Below, piece by piece: positions 62,791 to 64,000 of a stretch of 64,000 bases of DNA. Position 1 is the stretch's first letter. Every line of letters begins with the position of its first letter. Source of the stretch: Bacteroidota bacterium (lineage in GTDB: Bacteria; Bacteroidota; Ignavibacteria; Kapaibacteriales; Kapaibacteriaceae); NCBI GenBank assembly GCA_041170435.1, contig JBEAYU010000088.1, positions 143-64,142 on the forward strand. The letters run 5' to 3'. The notes beneath the pieces were generated by a model. It saw only the letters and a program-made list of their open reading frames with translations, ran no database searches and was not told the DNA's origin. Position numbers and translations under genes: made by a program.

Positions 62791-63855
62791 ATGTTCGACC
62801 GCATCACGTCGCTTCTGGGACAGCAAGCCCCCTACCTGCTCGATCATACGTGCTCGACGATCCCCAAGGACTCGATCTACGTTCCATCGCCTTCGTCGGT
62901 AAGCGACGTGTTTGGAGGTTCGGATCGTAACAACCGCGTCCTGAACAACCTGCAGTGGATTCACTCCTCTGGACGTTTGGCCAACACCGGTTACGTATCG
63001 ATCCTACCGGTGGACCAAGGGATCGAGCACAGTGCAGGAGCCTCGTTCGCGAAGAATCCGATCTACTTCGATCCTGCCCGCATCGTCGAACTCGCCATCG
63101 AAGGGGGCTGCAATGCCGTGGCATCGACCTTCGGAGTTCTGGGCAACGTGGCGCGACAGTATGCCCACCATATCCCCTTCGTGGTGAAGATCAATCACAA
63201 CGAACTCCTGACCTATCCGAACAAGTTCGACCAAGTGCTCTTTGGTACGGTCCGACAGGCGCACGATATGGGTGCTGCCGCCATCGGGGCGACCATTTAT
63301 TTTGGCTCGCCGGAAAGTGGACGTCAGATCGTGGAGATCTCCGAAGCATTCGCTCTTGCCCATGAGCTCGGTATGGCAACCATTCTCTGGTGCTACCTGC
63401 GCAACCCGGCATTCAAGTCCGACAAGGATTACCACGTCGCGGCAGATCTCACCGGTCAGGCCAATCACTTAGGTGTGACCATTGGGGCCGACATCATCAA
63501 GCAGAAACTGCCGGAGAACAATCGCGGCTTTGAAGCTCTGAACATGGGCGGCTCGAGCTATGGGAAGCTCGACAAGCGTATGTACTCCGAACTGTCCTCC
63601 GAACACCCGATCGATCTCTGTCGGTATCAGGTTGCCAACTGCTACATGGGCCGCATCGGATTGATCAATTCAGGTGGTGCATCTGGTTCCAATGACATGG
63701 CCGAGGCTGTGACCACGGCCGTCATCAACAAGCGTGCCGGTGGAATGGGGCTGATCTCCGGACGTAAGGCCTTCCAGCGACCGATGAATGAAGGCGTCGA
63801 GCTTCTCAATGCCATTCAGGATGTATACCTCTGTCAGGGCGTCACGATCGCCTGA
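62791..63855 (+). CDS. fbaB: class I fructose-bisphosphate aldolase (FbaB/DhnA type)
   Basis: [19 protein letters not shown]... and [21 protein letters not shown]...VVKINHNE resemble E. coli FbaB. Confidence 0.8.
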   Translation: MFDRITSLLGQQAPYLLDHTCSTIPKDSIYVPSPSSVSDVFGGSDRNNRVLNNLQWIHSSGRLANTGYVSILPVDQGIEHSAGASFAKNPIYFDPARIVELAIEGGCNAVASTFGVLGNVARQYAHHIPFVVKINHNELLTYPNKFDQVLFGTVRQAHDMGAAAIGATIYFGSPESGRQIVEISEAFALAHELGMATILWCYLRNPAFKSDKDYHVAADLTGQANHLGVTIGADIIKQKLPENNRGFEALNMGGSSYGKLDKRMYSELSSEHPIDLCRYQVANCYMGRIGLINSGGASGSNDMAEAVTTAVINKRAGGMGLISGRKAFQRPMNEGVELLNAIQDVYLCQGVTIA

Positions 63856-64000
63856 TGTCTGACGTAAAGCCCGCTACCGGTGCGCTGCGCGAGCTGCGCA
63901 GATTGCTTCCATACGTGCGCCGCTACAAGGGGCGCACGGCACTTGGGCTTGTCTTCATCACCCTTTCGAATGTCTGCTCAACGACGGTACCTCATGTTGT
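63855..64000 (+). CDS. ABC transporter permease/ATPase (MsbA-like), N-terminal fragment
   Basis: [40 protein letters not shown] is the typical N-terminus of ABC exporter fusions. It has a TGATG overlap with fbaB and runs off the window. Confidence 0.55.
   Translation, partial: MSDVKPATGALRELRRLLPYVRRYKGRTALGLVFITLSNVCSTTVPHV

Noticed and set aside
1-64000. A scan for rRNA genes, CRISPR arrays, transposases or IS elements, phage genes, toxin-antitoxin pairs and known defence systems.
   Set aside because: I recognised none of these by eye in any frame. The only RNA gene found is tRNA-Ser(GGA). A profile-based search (Rfam, PADLOC/DefenseFinder, ISfinder) is needed to be certain.

Overview
This is a 64-kb chromosomal window from a GC-rich FCB-group bacterium (Bacteroidota, Rhodothermota or Ignavibacteriota-like). 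Two things support that placement. Five proteins end in type IX secretion (T9SS) C-terminal sorting domains. Many upstream regions carry the Bacteroidetes-type -7 promoter box TAnnTTTG, here extended to CGTAnnTT(T/C)G.

Most of the window is densely packed housekeeping, often with 1-4 nt start/stop overlaps:
- Polysaccharide genes: wza-like, wecB, a nucleotide-sugar dehydrogenase and rfbB.
- Peptidoglycan recycling genes: GH3 NagZ-like, DUF1343/NamZ-like, LD-carboxypeptidase and dapF.
- Other core genes: ispE-glgA, three crotonase paralogues, pgpH-xerD, waaA, hflX, recN, argS-rsfS, tRNA-Ser(GGA) and fbaB.

The unusual content:
1. A 13-kb minus-strand block (31.9-45.2 kb) holds two giant T9SS proteins of 1500 and 1332 aa. 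They share a paralogous N-terminal head. They are embedded with an OstA/LptA-like protein, a small outer-membrane beta-barrel and a PAP2/IPC-synthase-like membrane protein.
2. A third giant T9SS protein of 1574 aa has a vWA head.
3. A TonB-dependent receptor, a DUF4397 lipoprotein and a secreted ExeM-like nuclease form one locus.
4. (CCCAAAA)n heptamer tracts sit immediately upstream of two start codons.
5. Several -7 boxes lie only 4-7 nt from start codons, which implies leaderless mRNAs.
6. A DUF4505(UPF0598)-thioesterase fusion sits inside the argS operon.

I saw no rRNA, CRISPR array, IS element, prophage or recognisable defence gene. All functional calls come from motif recognition by eye. 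None was confirmed by a search.
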